NCBI GenBank assembly: GCA_963826115.1
Contig: CAWGVS010000012.1
Span: 384,001-448,000 of the forward strand
DNA length: 64,000 nt
Direction: 5' to 3'
Source: an uncultured Candidatus Rokubacteria bacterium
GTDB lineage: Bacteria; Methylomirabilota; Methylomirabilia; Rokubacteriales; DASRDR01
The notes below the pieces were generated by a model. It had not been told where the DNA came from. It saw only the letters and a list, made by a program, of their open reading frames with translations, and searched no databases. The position numbers and the translations under genes were made by a program. Positions 47,464 through 57,148 of this stretch are shown one piece after another. Each line of letters begins with the position of its first letter. Position 1 is the stretch's first letter.

Positions 47464-48411
47464 ATGGGCGTCGTCGGCAGCGCCTTCGCGCACGTGATTC
47501 CTCTCCCCTGGCTCTGGATCCCGGTCACCGTCGGGGCCGCGTTCGCGCAGACCCTGCGGAACATGGCCCAGCGCCATCTCACGGGCCCCCTCGGGACCCT
47601 CGGGGCCACGCTGGTGCGCTTCCTCTACGGCCTGCCCTTCGCCGCGCTGTGGCTCGCCCTGGCGCTGCGCATCGGCGAGGGTCCGCTCCCGACGCCGACC
47701 CGCGCGTTTGTCGGCTGGGTCCTCGTGGGCGCCGTCTGCCAGATCACGGCCACCGCACTCCTCTTGCGCGTCATGGCCGAGCGCACCTTCACCCTCGGCG
47801 TGGCGTACTCCAAGACGGAGATCATCCAGGTCGCCGGGTTCGGGCTCGCGTTCCTGGGCGACCGGGTGTCCGGCGGCGCGGCCACGGCCATCGCGCTCGG
47901 GACCGTCGGCGTCCTGCTCCTGTCCCCCGCGGACCGGCAGCGGCCCTGGCAGAGCTTGCTGGCGGGGTGGGCGACCCGGTCCGCCGTGCTCGGCCTCCTC
48001 TCCGGCACGGGCTTCGGGCTGGCCGCGGTCGGCTTTCGCGGCGCGTCGCTGGCGCTGGGCGGCACCTCGTTCCTGGTGGCGGCGGCCTACACGCTCGTGG
48101 TGGCGCAGGCCCTCCAGACGCTCCTGCTCGGAACCTGGCTCGCGCTCCGGGCGCCCGCCATCGTCATCGCGGTCCTCCGGGCCTGGCGCGTGTCGATCCT
48201 GGCGGGGCTCATGGGCGCCGTCGCGTCCGGCGGCTGGTTCACCGCCATGACCATCGAGCCGGCCGCCCACGTGCGGACGCTGGGGCTGATCGAGCTCCTC
48301 TTCAGCTACGTGATCTCGCGCCGGGTGTTCCGCGAGCGACTCACCGGCCGCGAGTTGGCCGGCGTCGCCGTCCTGACGCTGGCGCTCGTCGTCATGACGC
48401 TCTGGCGCTGA
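47464..48411 (+). CDS. EamA/DMT family transporter
   Basis: About 10 hydrophobic segments, VRFLYGLPF, AYSKTE; start may be 47494. Confidence 0.88.
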   Translation: MGVVGSAFAHVIPLPWLWIPVTVGAAFAQTLRNMAQRHLTGPLGTLGATLVRFLYGLPFAALWLALALRIGEGPLPTPTRAFVGWVLVGAVCQITATALLLRVMAERTFTLGVAYSKTEIIQVAGFGLAFLGDRVSGGAATAIALGTVGVLLLSPADRQRPWQSLLAGWATRSAVLGLLSGTGFGLAAVGFRGASLALGGTSFLVAAAYTLVVAQALQTLLLGTWLALRAPAIVIAVLRAWRVSILAGLMGAVASGGWFTAMTIEPAAHVRTLGLIELLFSYVISRRVFRERLTGRELAGVAVLTLALVVMTLWR

Positions 48412-48420
48412 GGCGCCGCG

Positions 48421-48954
48421 CTAGGGAACGCCGGCCTTCTCGAGCCAGGGCGCGAAGCGCGACTGGAAGTCGCGCACGTCGTCCTGGGCCTCGCGATCGC
48501 CCTCGGCCAGCGCCTCGGCGACGCGGAGGCATTCGGCGACCATCGCGTGGTCGTTCACGCTCGCGAAGGCCTCGCCGGCCCGGAGCACCCCGGTCAGCGA
48601 CCCCGCGCGCCGCCCCAGCGTGAACGCCTGGGCGTAGAGCGCCTGCGCCTCGACGTCGCGCCGGAACCCGGCGCGGGCGCCGATCCGCCGATAGGCGTCG
48701 CCCGCGGCCAGGATGTCTTCCCAGCGGCCGGAGGCGAGGGCGGCGCGCCGTCCCGCTCGCCAGACCCTGAGCGCCCCGGCGATGTCGTCGCGCGAGAGCG
48801 CGGCGTCGATGGCCACGGCGCGATCCGTCCACTCCACCGGGCCCGGGAACGGCAGGCGTGCGAGGTGCCGCGCCTCGGCGAGCCCCGCCGCCACCGTCAA
48901 CGCCACGGCCGCGAGGACCGCCAGCGACCGCCGCCGCGGGAACGTCGGGCTCAC
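48421..48954 (-). CDS. Hypothetical exported protein
   Basis: Signal-like N-terminus, helical repeat character; coupled to upstream gene. Confidence 0.65.
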   Translation of the reverse strand: MSPTFPRRRSLAVLAAVALTVAAGLAEARHLARLPFPGPVEWTDRAVAIDAALSRDDIAGALRVWRAGRRAALASGRWEDILAAGDAYRRIGARAGFRRDVEAQALYAQAFTLGRRAGSLTGVLRAGEAFASVNDHAMVAECLRVAEALAEGDREAQDDVRDFQSRFAPWLEKAGVP

Positions 48955-49478
48955 GGCCGGTCAGGCTGGAGGAGCTGCCGCATCTCGTCGCGAAGCGCGG
49001 CCATCCGCGCCTTGACCGCCGCCGCCTGGGCGAGCTGCTCCGGCGTCAGGAGCGCGCGCACCTCCATGGCCGTCTGGGCGCTCTCCTGCAGCAGCTGGTC
49101 CCGCAGCTGGCCGATCCGCTGGAGGACGGGCTGGAGATCCGCGCCCTGCACGGCGCCCGACGCGAACAGCTTGTCGGCGAGCTCGTCCTGCACCTGCCGC
49201 AGCTGGTCGGTGAGGCTCCGGAGCGCCGGCCGGTGCGCGGCGAGGATCTCGCGGACCCGCGTCTGCTGGTCCGGCGTGAGGCGCGCGCCGCGCAGGAGGA
49301 GCGGCAGCCGCAGGCCGTCGGCGTACCCTCCCATCCGGTCCCACTCGCCGCGCATCATGGGCCCCTGGGGGCCCGGCGGCCCCGTCGGTCCCGACCCCTG
49401 GGCCGCGGCGACGCCCGCGCCCGCCACGATCAGCCCGACACCGAGCACCATCGCCCGCACCAACCGTCCGTGTCGCAT
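48951..49478 (-). CDS. Spy/CpxP-family periplasmic protein
   Basis: Signal peptide and two LTxxQ motifs (LTPDQ, LTPEQ). Confidence 0.88.
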   Translation of the reverse strand: MRHGRLVRAMVLGVGLIVAGAGVAAAQGSGPTGPPGPQGPMMRGEWDRMGGYADGLRLPLLLRGARLTPDQQTRVREILAAHRPALRSLTDQLRQVQDELADKLFASGAVQGADLQPVLQRIGQLRDQLLQESAQTAMEVRALLTPEQLAQAAAVKARMAALRDEMRQLLQPDRP

Positions 49479-49526
49479 CCTCGTGCCCTCCCGCCGGGAA
49501 TCCGTCCCGGGCCGTTCGTGAGTGCT

Positions 49527-50021
49527 TCAGAGCGTGACGTCGACGGCGGACCCGCCGCACCGCGCATCGAGCCCGTGGCCGGGCTCGCACGCGGCCTCGC
49601 CGTCGAGGAGCGACCCGAGCTCCGCGAGCGCGTCGGGCGCCGGCGTCGCGGGATCGCCGCCGATCGAGAACATCGCCATGGACACGTCCTGGAGGAGCCG
49701 CGTCGCCTCCGCCGTCTCCACGGCGCGGCTCGTCGACGGAGCAGGCGGCGCGGGCCACCGGCCGCCCGGCGCCCCGAGGAGCGCCGCCGCCAGGGCCAGC
49801 CCGGCGGCGACGGCCGGCCACGCCCGGCGGGGCGCGGCGGGCGCGGCGATCCGCGGCGCGACGCTCTCGCCGAGCGCGGCGGCGATCTGCCGCACGTCCC
49901 GGCGGAGGCGCGCGGCCCGCGCCGCGCACGCGTCGCACTGGTCGGCGTGCGCCTGCTGCGACGTCGTCCCGCCGCCCACGTGCAGGCTGAGGAGGTTCCG
50001 CTCGGACAGGCATCGGCTCAT
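49527..50021 (-). CDS. Putative zinc-binding anti-sigma factor
   Basis: HxxxCxxC (HADQCDAC), single TM; overlaps ECF stop. Confidence 0.8.
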   Translation of the reverse strand: MSRCLSERNLLSLHVGGGTTSQQAHADQCDACAARAARLRRDVRQIAAALGESVAPRIAAPAAPRRAWPAVAAGLALAAALLGAPGGRWPAPPAPSTSRAVETAEATRLLQDVSMAMFSIGGDPATPAPDALAELGSLLDGEAACEPGHGLDARCGGSAVDVTL

Positions 50022-50554
50022 GGCGTCCCTCCAAGGGCCAGACGCAGACGACGGATCGCGCGGAAGAGATGGCGCTTCACGCTGCCGGCGCTCACGCCGA
50101 GCGCCGTGGCCACCTCGTACGTGCTCCAGTCCTCGAGGTGGCGGAGCACGAAGACCTCTTGCTGGCGCGGCGGCAGCGTCCGGAACGCTTGCCAGATGCG
50201 CGCGCGGGTCTCCCCGTCGATGGCGAGCGTCTCCGCGCTCGGCCAGTCGGCGGCGAGCCGGAGCTCGTCGACCGGCACCGTGCGGCGGCGAAACCGCGGC
50301 CACCAGCCGGCCCGCCGCCGGTCGCGGCAGGCGTTGACCGCCACCCGCGTGAGCCATCGTCCCCAGTCGCGCGGCGCCTCGCCGCTCCGGACGCTGGCCG
50401 TCGCCCGCAGGAAGACCTCCTGCACCACGTCGGCCGCTTCCTGGGGATCGCGCAAGAGGAGCCCGCAGAGCCGGCGGAGCCGGCCGTAGTGGTCGACGAA
50501 TCCCTCGTGCGGGGGCGCGTCCGGCGCGAGGACGGAGCCGGCGGTGATACCCAT
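50018..50554 (-). CDS. ECF sigma factor
   Basis: DVVQEVF, WLTRVAVNACRD, LPPRQQEVFVLR, GSVKRHLFRA. Confidence 0.92.
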   Translation of the reverse strand: MGITAGSVLAPDAPPHEGFVDHYGRLRRLCGLLLRDPQEAADVVQEVFLRATASVRSGEAPRDWGRWLTRVAVNACRDRRRAGWWPRFRRRTVPVDELRLAADWPSAETLAIDGETRARIWQAFRTLPPRQQEVFVLRHLEDWSTYEVATALGVSAGSVKRHLFRAIRRLRLALGGTP

Positions 50555-50567
50555 CTCTGTAGGATCT

Positions 50568-50593
50568 GACGAACGAGACCGCGAATCGGTTGA
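50568..50593 (-). promoter_or_regulatory. Putative ECF autoregulatory promoter
   Basis: Minus strand TCAACC-N16-CGTC just upstream of the ECF start. Confidence 0.55.
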
Positions 50594-50724
50594 CCGGGCG
50601 CGGATCGGGACTGCCAGGCTGGCAGTCCGGCGGACGGGCTGCGGGCAGGGCGGGCCGTTCGGCCGGCCGACTCAGCGTGTCAGCCGGCCGCGGGGACGCG
50701 CGGATCCCCGCGGCCGGGTCGGGC

Positions 50725-51846
50725 TCAGGCGCCGGGACGGCGCCGGTAGGTCAGGCCGTAGGCGAGGTTGTCCTGGCGGAGCCGCTTGTCGGTCCCGAAC
50801 AGGATGTGCTTCGACATGTCGGGCGAGTACCGACTCGCCGGCGGTCGGCGACCGAGCCCCTCCGCGAGGCCGCGCACGTGGTGCGGACCGGCGCCGCAGC
50901 AGACGCCGAGGTAGCGGACCCCGAGGTCGTAGGCGTCCTTGCCGAACTGTGCGATCTCGTAGCGGTTACAGACGAAGGGATCGAGGGCCGCCGGGAACGG
51001 GCGGTTGTCGGGGATGAGCTTGCAGTTCGGATCCGTGAGCGACTGGAAGGTGGGCTCGGCGGGCGTGGTGCGGTACGGCACCGGGAGCCCGGCCACGTGG
51101 CAGCGAACCGCGGCCCGGATCTCCCGGAGGAGCGGCATCATGGTGTCCGGGCCCCGCGAGCAGTTGAGCCCCACCACCTCGGCGCCGGCCGCCTCGAGCT
51201 TCCGGGCCGCGTCGGCGACGCTCCCGCCCTCGCGCATCCGCCCCTCGCGGGGCACGGCGAGCGTGATGACGGCGGGCTTGCCGGAGCGGCGGATCGCCTC
51301 GAGGGCCAGGAGCGCCTCGCCGGTCCAGCTGTAGGTCTCGCCGACGAAGAAGTCGACGCCCGCGTCCATCGCCCAGTCGATCTGCTCGTCGAAGATCCGG
51401 CGGGCTTCCTTGTGTGATTTCGCGTCGTCGGGCCCGTAGATGCTCGTGTTGCAGATGTTGCCCGCCAGGAGGGTCCCCGTCTCGCGCGCGACCTTCTTGG
51501 CCAGGCGGAGCGCGGTCCGGTTGATCCGCTCGAGGTCGCCCTCGCGCCCGATGATCCGCATCTTGGCGCGGTGCGCGTAGTACGTGAACGCCTCCACGAC
51601 GTCGGAGCCCGCGTGCACGAAGTCGCGGTGGAGGCCCTCCACGAGATCGGGGTGCTCGAGGACGACCTCGGGCACGAAGGCGCCGGCCTGGAGGTAGCCG
51701 CGGCGCTCGAACTCGAAAAGGTAGCCCTCGGCGCAGATCACGGGGCCCTTGGCGAGCCGCTCCATGAGCCCGAGCGGCTTCTTGGCAGGGGCCTTCGTCG
51801 CCTTCCCGGTCTTCGAAGCCTTCTTGGCCTTCGTCTTCGTCGCCAT
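50725..51846 (-). CDS. Betaine-homocysteine S-methyltransferase-like protein
   Basis: FEFERRGYLQAGAFVPE, LHRDFVHAGSDV, GLNCSRGP, GVCCGAGPHH. Confidence 0.88.
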   Translation of the reverse strand: MATKTKAKKASKTGKATKAPAKKPLGLMERLAKGPVICAEGYLFEFERRGYLQAGAFVPEVVLEHPDLVEGLHRDFVHAGSDVVEAFTYYAHRAKMRIIGREGDLERINRTALRLAKKVARETGTLLAGNICNTSIYGPDDAKSHKEARRIFDEQIDWAMDAGVDFFVGETYSWTGEALLALEAIRRSGKPAVITLAVPREGRMREGGSVADAARKLEAAGAEVVGLNCSRGPDTMMPLLREIRAAVRCHVAGLPVPYRTTPAEPTFQSLTDPNCKLIPDNRPFPAALDPFVCNRYEIAQFGKDAYDLGVRYLGVCCGAGPHHVRGLAEGLGRRPPASRYSPDMSKHILFGTDKRLRQDNLAYGLTYRRRPGA

Positions 51847-51878
51847 GTCGTCCTTCCTCTCTCGCGGGCGAGAGCGGT

Positions 51879-53063
51879 CTAGTGCGTGAGGGGTGGATCC
51901 GCCGCCGTCGCGCGCGGCAGCGGGGCGCCGTCCCGGAAACGTGACCAGCGGAACGGCGCGAGGTCCCATCCCGGAGCGTGGCCCTCCAGGACCACCTGGG
52001 CCAGGATGTCGCCGACGGCCGGCGCGTGCTTGAAGCCGTGTCCGCTCCAGCCGAAGTTCACGAAGAGCCCCGGGCGCTCCGGCACCGGCCCCAGGACCGG
52101 CTCGTGGTCGGGCGTGTTGTCGTAAACCCCGGAGTAGCCGCCCATGGAGAGCCCGTGCTCCATGGCGGGGAAGCGCTGCGCGATCAGCTCCGCGTTCCGC
52201 ACGACCTCGCCCGGATCGGCGCCCTCGTTGTAGTGGTCGGGGTCGACGACCTCCTCGTAGGCGAAGAACCCGTGGATCGTGAGGTTCCCCGTCTCAGGCC
52301 GCATGTAGGTGAAGTGCGGCCGGTCGAGGATCGCGGGGTGGGAGCCGAGGTCCGGAGGCCGGCGGAAGAAGCACATCTGGTGGCGCGTCGGCGCGACCGG
52401 CGCGTCGATGCCGAGCGGCGCGAGGAGGCGTCCGGCCCAGAGCCCGGCGCAGACGACGACCGCGGGCGCATGGATCTCGCCGCTTGCCGTGCGGACACCG
52501 GTCACCCGATCGTCCGCGGTCAGGAGCGCCTCGACCGGCGTGTACTGGACCACCGTCGCCCCCAGCTCGCCCGCCCGAGTCGCGAAGGCATTCGTCGTCA
52601 TCGCCGCGTCGGCGTAGCCGGATTCCGCCTCGTAGGCAGCGAGCGCCACGTCGTCGACCGCCATCGCCGGGACGAGCGCCTGCGCCTCGGCGGGAGTCTG
52701 GACGACGACGTTCGCGCCGAGGGTCCGCGCCCGGCCAACGTTCGCGCGGAGGTTGTCCGCGCGGTCCGGCCCCACGAGCCACAGGATCCCCACCTGGCGG
52801 AACCCGGGGTCCCCGCCGCCGATCCGCTCCGCCCAGTGCTGGAACATCGTCGCCGAGGCGTTCGCCGTGCGGGTGAGGAAGTCCATGGCGTAGAACCGAC
52901 GGACGAGGGCCGACGAGCGGCCGGTCGGCCCCGAGGCCAGGAACTTCCGCTCGACGAGGACCACGCGCCGCGCGCCGCGGCGCGCGAGGTGATACGCGAC
53001 GCTCGCACCGTGGACGCCGCCGCCCACGACGACCACGTCGGCGGCGCGCGGAAGGTCCGCCAT
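51879..53063 (-). CDS. Sarcosine oxidase beta-like FAD oxidoreductase
   Basis: VVVGGGVHG, YDNTPD, GWSGHGFKHAP. Confidence 0.9.
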   Translation of the reverse strand: MADLPRAADVVVVGGGVHGASVAYHLARRGARRVVLVERKFLASGPTGRSSALVRRFYAMDFLTRTANASATMFQHWAERIGGGDPGFRQVGILWLVGPDRADNLRANVGRARTLGANVVVQTPAEAQALVPAMAVDDVALAAYEAESGYADAAMTTNAFATRAGELGATVVQYTPVEALLTADDRVTGVRTASGEIHAPAVVVCAGLWAGRLLAPLGIDAPVAPTRHQMCFFRRPPDLGSHPAILDRPHFTYMRPETGNLTIHGFFAYEEVVDPDHYNEGADPGEVVRNAELIAQRFPAMEHGLSMGGYSGVYDNTPDHEPVLGPVPERPGLFVNFGWSGHGFKHAPAVGDILAQVVLEGHAPGWDLAPFRWSRFRDGAPLPRATAADPPLTH

Positions 53064-53068
53064 CGCCC

Positions 53069-53194
53069 TTACCAGTTGCGGTCGCCGGTCGCGAACCGCG
53101 GCGCGTCGGCGGACTTTGGCTTCACCCCCGCCATCTCCTCGAGGGTGCGGCTCGTCGGGATCCCGGGGTGCCGATCGAGGATGCGCCGCTTCAT
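53069..53194 (-). CDS. Putative 41-aa protein (not in ORF track)
   Basis: MKRRILDRHPGIPTSRTLEEMAGVKPKSADAPRFATGDRNW; high GC3; fills the gap between two flavoprotein genes. Confidence 0.4.
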   Translation of the reverse strand: MKRRILDRHPGIPTSRTLEEMAGVKPKSADAPRFATGDRNW

Positions 53195-53227
53195 CGCGGC
53201 GCGGAACGGGCGAGGCGCCTCACGAGC

Positions 53228-54556
53228 TCAGACCCAGGGCGAGTGGCTGCCGGAGGCGCCGAACGTGCGGCCGGCCGCGTACCGGTCGAGCGCGAAGGGC
53301 TTGAGGTCGGGCACGTCGTCGCCCATGAGGAGGCGCGCGACCAGCTTGCCGGCCCCCGTCATCTTGAACCCGTGATTCGAGTCCGCGATCATGAAGACGT
53401 TCGGCGCCACCCAGTCGAAGACCGGGACGTTGTCGGGGGTGAACGCGCCGATGCCGCCGTTCCGCCGGTCGCGGAAGTGCGGGCGGCATCCCTTGAAGCG
53501 CGACATCGTCTGCCCCATCGCCGCGCAGAAGTAGTCGGCGAACCACGGCTCCGCCTGGTACTCGTCGTTCGCGTGGCCGTACGGGTCGGTGACCGCGACC
53601 GGCCCGAGCTTGACGGGCGTGGTGCCCCCCTGGAGACCCGGGCGGTCCATCCGCTCGTTGCCGTTCTTGAAGTAGACGTAGGTGAAGTCCTTGATCGGGC
53701 GTCCCGTGGCGGGATCGACCACGGGCTCCGAGGTCTCGACGTGGAGCACCGGCGGGTTCAGGCCGGCGGCCGTCACGTAGGGCTCGTCGCAGTACACCTC
53801 GCCTTCGAGGAGCCGCCAGTACGTCCACATGTCCTTGGTCTCGACGGCGCCGTCGGGATAGCGGCACGCAACCTGCGCGGGCTTCCCGAGCATGGCCCAG
53901 TGCTTGGGCGTCCAGGCGCCGAGACCCCAGACGACCACGTCGCAGGCGATGCGTCCCTGGTCGGTGAGCACCGCGCGAACGCGGCCCCCCTCGACATCGT
54001 AGCCCGTGACCTCCACCCCGGGCAGGACCTGGACCCCGTGGAGCGCGCACTTCCCCGCGAGCCCGGCCACCGCCTGGCGGGTTCCCGCGTAGCCGCTCAC
54101 GCGCTCGTGGAGCGCCAGGCCAACATGGGAGGTGTTGAAGTCGGGCCAGATGCGCCGGACGAACCGCCGGGCGTCCTCGCCCGCGTAGAGGTCCGAGGGG
54201 TAGCCGGCCGCGTTCTGGCTCTTCCAGACGCGCTCGTAGGCCGGGAGGTTCTGCTCCTCGTCGACGCCGACGTAGCCGACCTGCTGGAACCCGAGCGCGA
54301 CCGGATCGTAGGTCCACACGTCCACGCTGTGACGGAGAATCGCGTGGAGCGGCTCGGTCATGTAGAGGTTCCGCACGCAGCCACAGGCGATGCCGGACGC
54401 CCCGGCGCCGACGCCGGTCTTGTCGAGCACCACGACGTCCGCGCCCGAGCCGCGGCGCCGTCGCTCGAGCTCCATCGCGAGGTGCCAGCCGGTGCTGAGG
54501 CCGTGGATGCCGGCGCCGATGACGACGGCGTGAACGCTCGTCGGGAGCGGACTCAT
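53228..54556 (-). CDS. FAD-dependent oxidoreductase (dimethylglycine/sarcosine oxidase-like)
   Basis: VIGAGIHG, GASGIACG, AFTPD, DSNHGFKM; start ATG 54556. Confidence 0.88.
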   Translation of the reverse strand: MSPLPTSVHAVVIGAGIHGLSTGWHLAMELERRRRGSGADVVVLDKTGVGAGASGIACGCVRNLYMTEPLHAILRHSVDVWTYDPVALGFQQVGYVGVDEEQNLPAYERVWKSQNAAGYPSDLYAGEDARRFVRRIWPDFNTSHVGLALHERVSGYAGTRQAVAGLAGKCALHGVQVLPGVEVTGYDVEGGRVRAVLTDQGRIACDVVVWGLGAWTPKHWAMLGKPAQVACRYPDGAVETKDMWTYWRLLEGEVYCDEPYVTAAGLNPPVLHVETSEPVVDPATGRPIKDFTYVYFKNGNERMDRPGLQGGTTPVKLGPVAVTDPYGHANDEYQAEPWFADYFCAAMGQTMSRFKGCRPHFRDRRNGGIGAFTPDNVPVFDWVAPNVFMIADSNHGFKMTGAGKLVARLLMGDDVPDLKPFALDRYAAGRTFGASGSHSPWV

Positions 54557-54597
54557 GCGGACCTCCGGGGTCGCGGGTCGCCCGAGGGGGCCCGACC

Positions 54598-54626
54598 TCT
54601 GTACCATTCGCCTCCGGCCCCGTCAA
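54598..54626 (-). promoter_or_regulatory. sigma70 promoter
   Basis: Minus strand TTGACG-N17-(TGg)TACAGA. Confidence 0.45.
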
Positions 54627-54647
54627 GCCAGGACGCTCGCGACGACG

Positions 54648-54956
54648 TCAGTCGCCGCGGTCCGGGAAGAGCGCGCGCCACGCCTCGGGCGCGCCCGCCA
54701 GGAGGGTGAGCCCGTCCGGCGCCGGCGGGTCGCACGGGGCGGCCTCCACCGCGCGCGCCACGTCCGCGGCGGCCGGGGAGAAGTACGCGCGGACCTCGCA
54801 GTGGAGGCGACCCTCCGACTCGTGACGGACGAAGACCGCCAGGTCCCGGGGACCCCCGGCCCGCGCGCGCGCCGACCGGACGAGCGCGCCGATGCGGTCG
54901 AGGGGCTCCCCGGCCAGCAGGGGATCGCCGAGGCCCTTCGAGAACCACCGACTCAC
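54648..54956 (-). CDS. Hypothetical protein
   Basis: WFSKGLGDP..FVRHESEGRLHCEVRAYFSPAA; high GC3. Confidence 0.7.
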   Translation of the reverse strand: MSRWFSKGLGDPLLAGEPLDRIGALVRSARARAGGPRDLAVFVRHESEGRLHCEVRAYFSPAAADVARAVEAAPCDPPAPDGLTLLAGAPEAWRALFPDRGD

Positions 54957-54981
54957 GGGCGGCGCGCCGACGCGCGTGGCT

Positions 54982-55611
54982 CTACGCCCACGGGACCGGG
55001 CCGCCCCAGCGATCGAGGTACGTCGTCTCGCTCGTCGGGCGGCGGCGGCTGCCCCCGAACCGCGCGCCGGGCCCCGGGTAGCCGAGCGGGATGCAGAAGT
55101 GGAAGGCGACCGGCGCGGGGATCCCGAACAGCGCATACACGCGCTCCATGACCGAGGGATGCAGCGTCGTCGGAATCGACCCGATCCCGAGGGCGCGCGC
55201 CGCCAGCATGAGGTTCTGGCACGCGGGCAGGATCGAGTTCGCCCAGCCCGGCGGCTCGGCGAACGCGAGCACGACGCACGGCACGTCGCGCATGTGGTCG
55301 GCGAGCCCCGCCGCGGCCCGGTAGTTCGCGTGCTCGGGCGGGATGTCCTCGGGCCCCGTCCAGCCGAACTCGTCCCGGCGCTTCGCCCACCACGCCTCGC
55401 GGTAGAGCGCCCCGAACCGGACGAGGCGGTCGCGGTCCGTGATGACCAGGAACCGCCCGATCTGGCGGTTGCCCCCGTTCGGCGCCCGCACCGCGGCCTC
55501 GAGCACGAGCCGCAGGTCCTCGACCGGAATCGGATCGGGCCGGAAGCGCCGGATCGAGCGCTGGGTGAACATCGCCTCGCCCATCGACATGCCGAGCTGC
55601 GCCGGATCCAT
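54982..55611 (-). CDS. Nitroreductase family protein
   Basis: TQRSIRRF, RAPNGGNRQ, QNLMLAARALGIG, IPLGYP. Confidence 0.92.
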   Translation of the reverse strand: MDPAQLGMSMGEAMFTQRSIRRFRPDPIPVEDLRLVLEAAVRAPNGGNRQIGRFLVITDRDRLVRFGALYREAWWAKRRDEFGWTGPEDIPPEHANYRAAAGLADHMRDVPCVVLAFAEPPGWANSILPACQNLMLAARALGIGSIPTTLHPSVMERVYALFGIPAPVAFHFCIPLGYPGPGARFGGSRRRPTSETTYLDRWGGPVPWA

Positions 55612-55730
55612 GGTCGTGCCCGCCTCCTTCGCGTGAGAGGGTCGTCCGGAGCGCGCCCGGGACGCCGCCCGTCCTTGACGGCCGCGCGCGGCCCATGATA
55701 CGGGCTTGTACGCACCCCGCGCGACCACCG

Positions 55731-57116
55731 ATGGAGACCTTCGCCGAGACGCTGGCGACGTTCGCCGCCGGGCTCCGGCCCGCCGGCCTGCCCCGCGGCG
55801 TCGCGGAGCAGGCCGCACGTCTGCTCCTCGACACGGTCGGCGTCACGCTGGCCGCGGTGCCGGACGACTTCGCGGGGAGTGTCCACACCGTGGCCCGCGC
55901 GCTCGGTGGCCGGCCCGAGGCGAGCCTCTGGGGCGGCGGGGAGCAGGTCGGCACGGCGGCGGCCGTTCTCGCCAACGGCACGCTCGCCCACGGGCTCGAC
56001 TACGACGACACGCTCGAGGAGGCCATCGTGCACACCGGCGCGTGCTGCGCGACGACCGCGCTCGCCGTCGGCGAGGCGCGCCACGCCTCGGGCGTCGACG
56101 TCCTGGCCGCCCTCGTCGCCGGCGTCGAGGTGATGGCCGCCGTCGGGAGCGCGGTCCCGGGCGCCTTCCACCGCCGCGGCTTCCACCCCACGGCGCTCTG
56201 CGGCAGCTTCGGCGCGGCCGCGGCCACCGGGCGGCTCCTCGGACTCACCGCGACCCAGCACGCCACGGCCTTCGGCATCTGCGGGAGCCAGGCCAGCGGG
56301 ATCATCGAGTACCTGGCGGACGGGTCGTGGACCAAGCGGCTGCATGCCGGCTGGGCCGCCCACGCCGGCGTCGTGGCGGCGCTCCTCGCCCAGTCCGGCT
56401 TCACCGGCCCCCGGACGGTCTTCGAGGGCACGCACGGCTTCTACCGGACGTTCGGCGGCGAGGTCCCGGACGCCGCGAAACTCGGGGCGCTCGGGGCCGG
56501 GCTCGGACGCGAGTGGGCCATCCAGCGCCTCATGTTCAAGGCGTACCCGTGCGGCTCCATCAACCAGCCGTACATGGACTGCGCGGCGCGCCTCCGGACC
56601 CGCCCCGGCTTCGACCCCGCGGCGATCCGTGACGTGGTCTGCCGGACGGCGGAGGGCCCGGTGCACCGGCTCTGGGAGCCGATCGCCGAGAAGCGGCGGC
56701 CCACCACGCCCTACGGCGCCAAGTTCAGCCTGCCGTACTGCATCGCCCTCGTCCTCCTGGACGGCGCCGCGGGGGTCGAGGGCTTCACCGAGGCGCGGAC
56801 GCGGGACCCGCGGGTGCTCGCGATCGCTCAGAGGATCCGCTACGTTCTCGATCCCTCCCTGCCGTACCCCCGTCGATTCACCGGGCACGTGCGCGTCGAG
56901 CTCGACGACGGGCGCGTGCTCGAGGAGACGCAGGACGCCCCGCGAGGCGGTCCGGAGCATCCGCTCGCCGCGGACGAGCTCCGGGCGAAGTTCCGCGCCA
57001 ACGCCGTCCGGGCCCTCCCGGCCGAGCGGGTCGAGCCGCTGATCGAGCAGCTGCTCGCCATCGACCGGGTGCAGGACGTCGCGCCGATCGCCGCGACCCT
57101 GCGCCGCGTCGCGTGA
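55731..57116 (+). CDS. MmgE/PrpD family protein
   Basis: ANGTLAHGLDYDD, GFHPT, KRLHAG, FEGTHG, FKAYPC, AKFSLPY. Confidence 0.93.
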   Translation: METFAETLATFAAGLRPAGLPRGVAEQAARLLLDTVGVTLAAVPDDFAGSVHTVARALGGRPEASLWGGGEQVGTAAAVLANGTLAHGLDYDDTLEEAIVHTGACCATTALAVGEARHASGVDVLAALVAGVEVMAAVGSAVPGAFHRRGFHPTALCGSFGAAAATGRLLGLTATQHATAFGICGSQASGIIEYLADGSWTKRLHAGWAAHAGVVAALLAQSGFTGPRTVFEGTHGFYRTFGGEVPDAAKLGALGAGLGREWAIQRLMFKAYPCGSINQPYMDCAARLRTRPGFDPAAIRDVVCRTAEGPVHRLWEPIAEKRRPTTPYGAKFSLPYCIALVLLDGAAGVEGFTEARTRDPRVLAIAQRIRYVLDPSLPYPRRFTGHVRVELDDGRVLEETQDAPRGGPEHPLAADELRAKFRANAVRALPAERVEPLIEQLLAIDRVQDVAPIAATLRRVA

Positions 57117-57148
57117 TCCTGGACCCGACCCACAAAAGGAGGCCGACG

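Noticed and set aside
48421-50593. ECF sigma / anti-sigma / Spy-CpxP operon as a novel system
   Set aside because: Common, well-precedented envelope-stress arrangement
53069-53230. The TGA stop of the 53228-54556 flavoprotein is in frame with the downstream 41-aa ORF (possible selenocysteine or readthrough)
   Set aside because: The protein appears complete at ..SHSPWV, the TGA is not at a catalytic Cys position, no convincing SECIS hairpin follows, and an in-frame arrangement has a one-in-three chance
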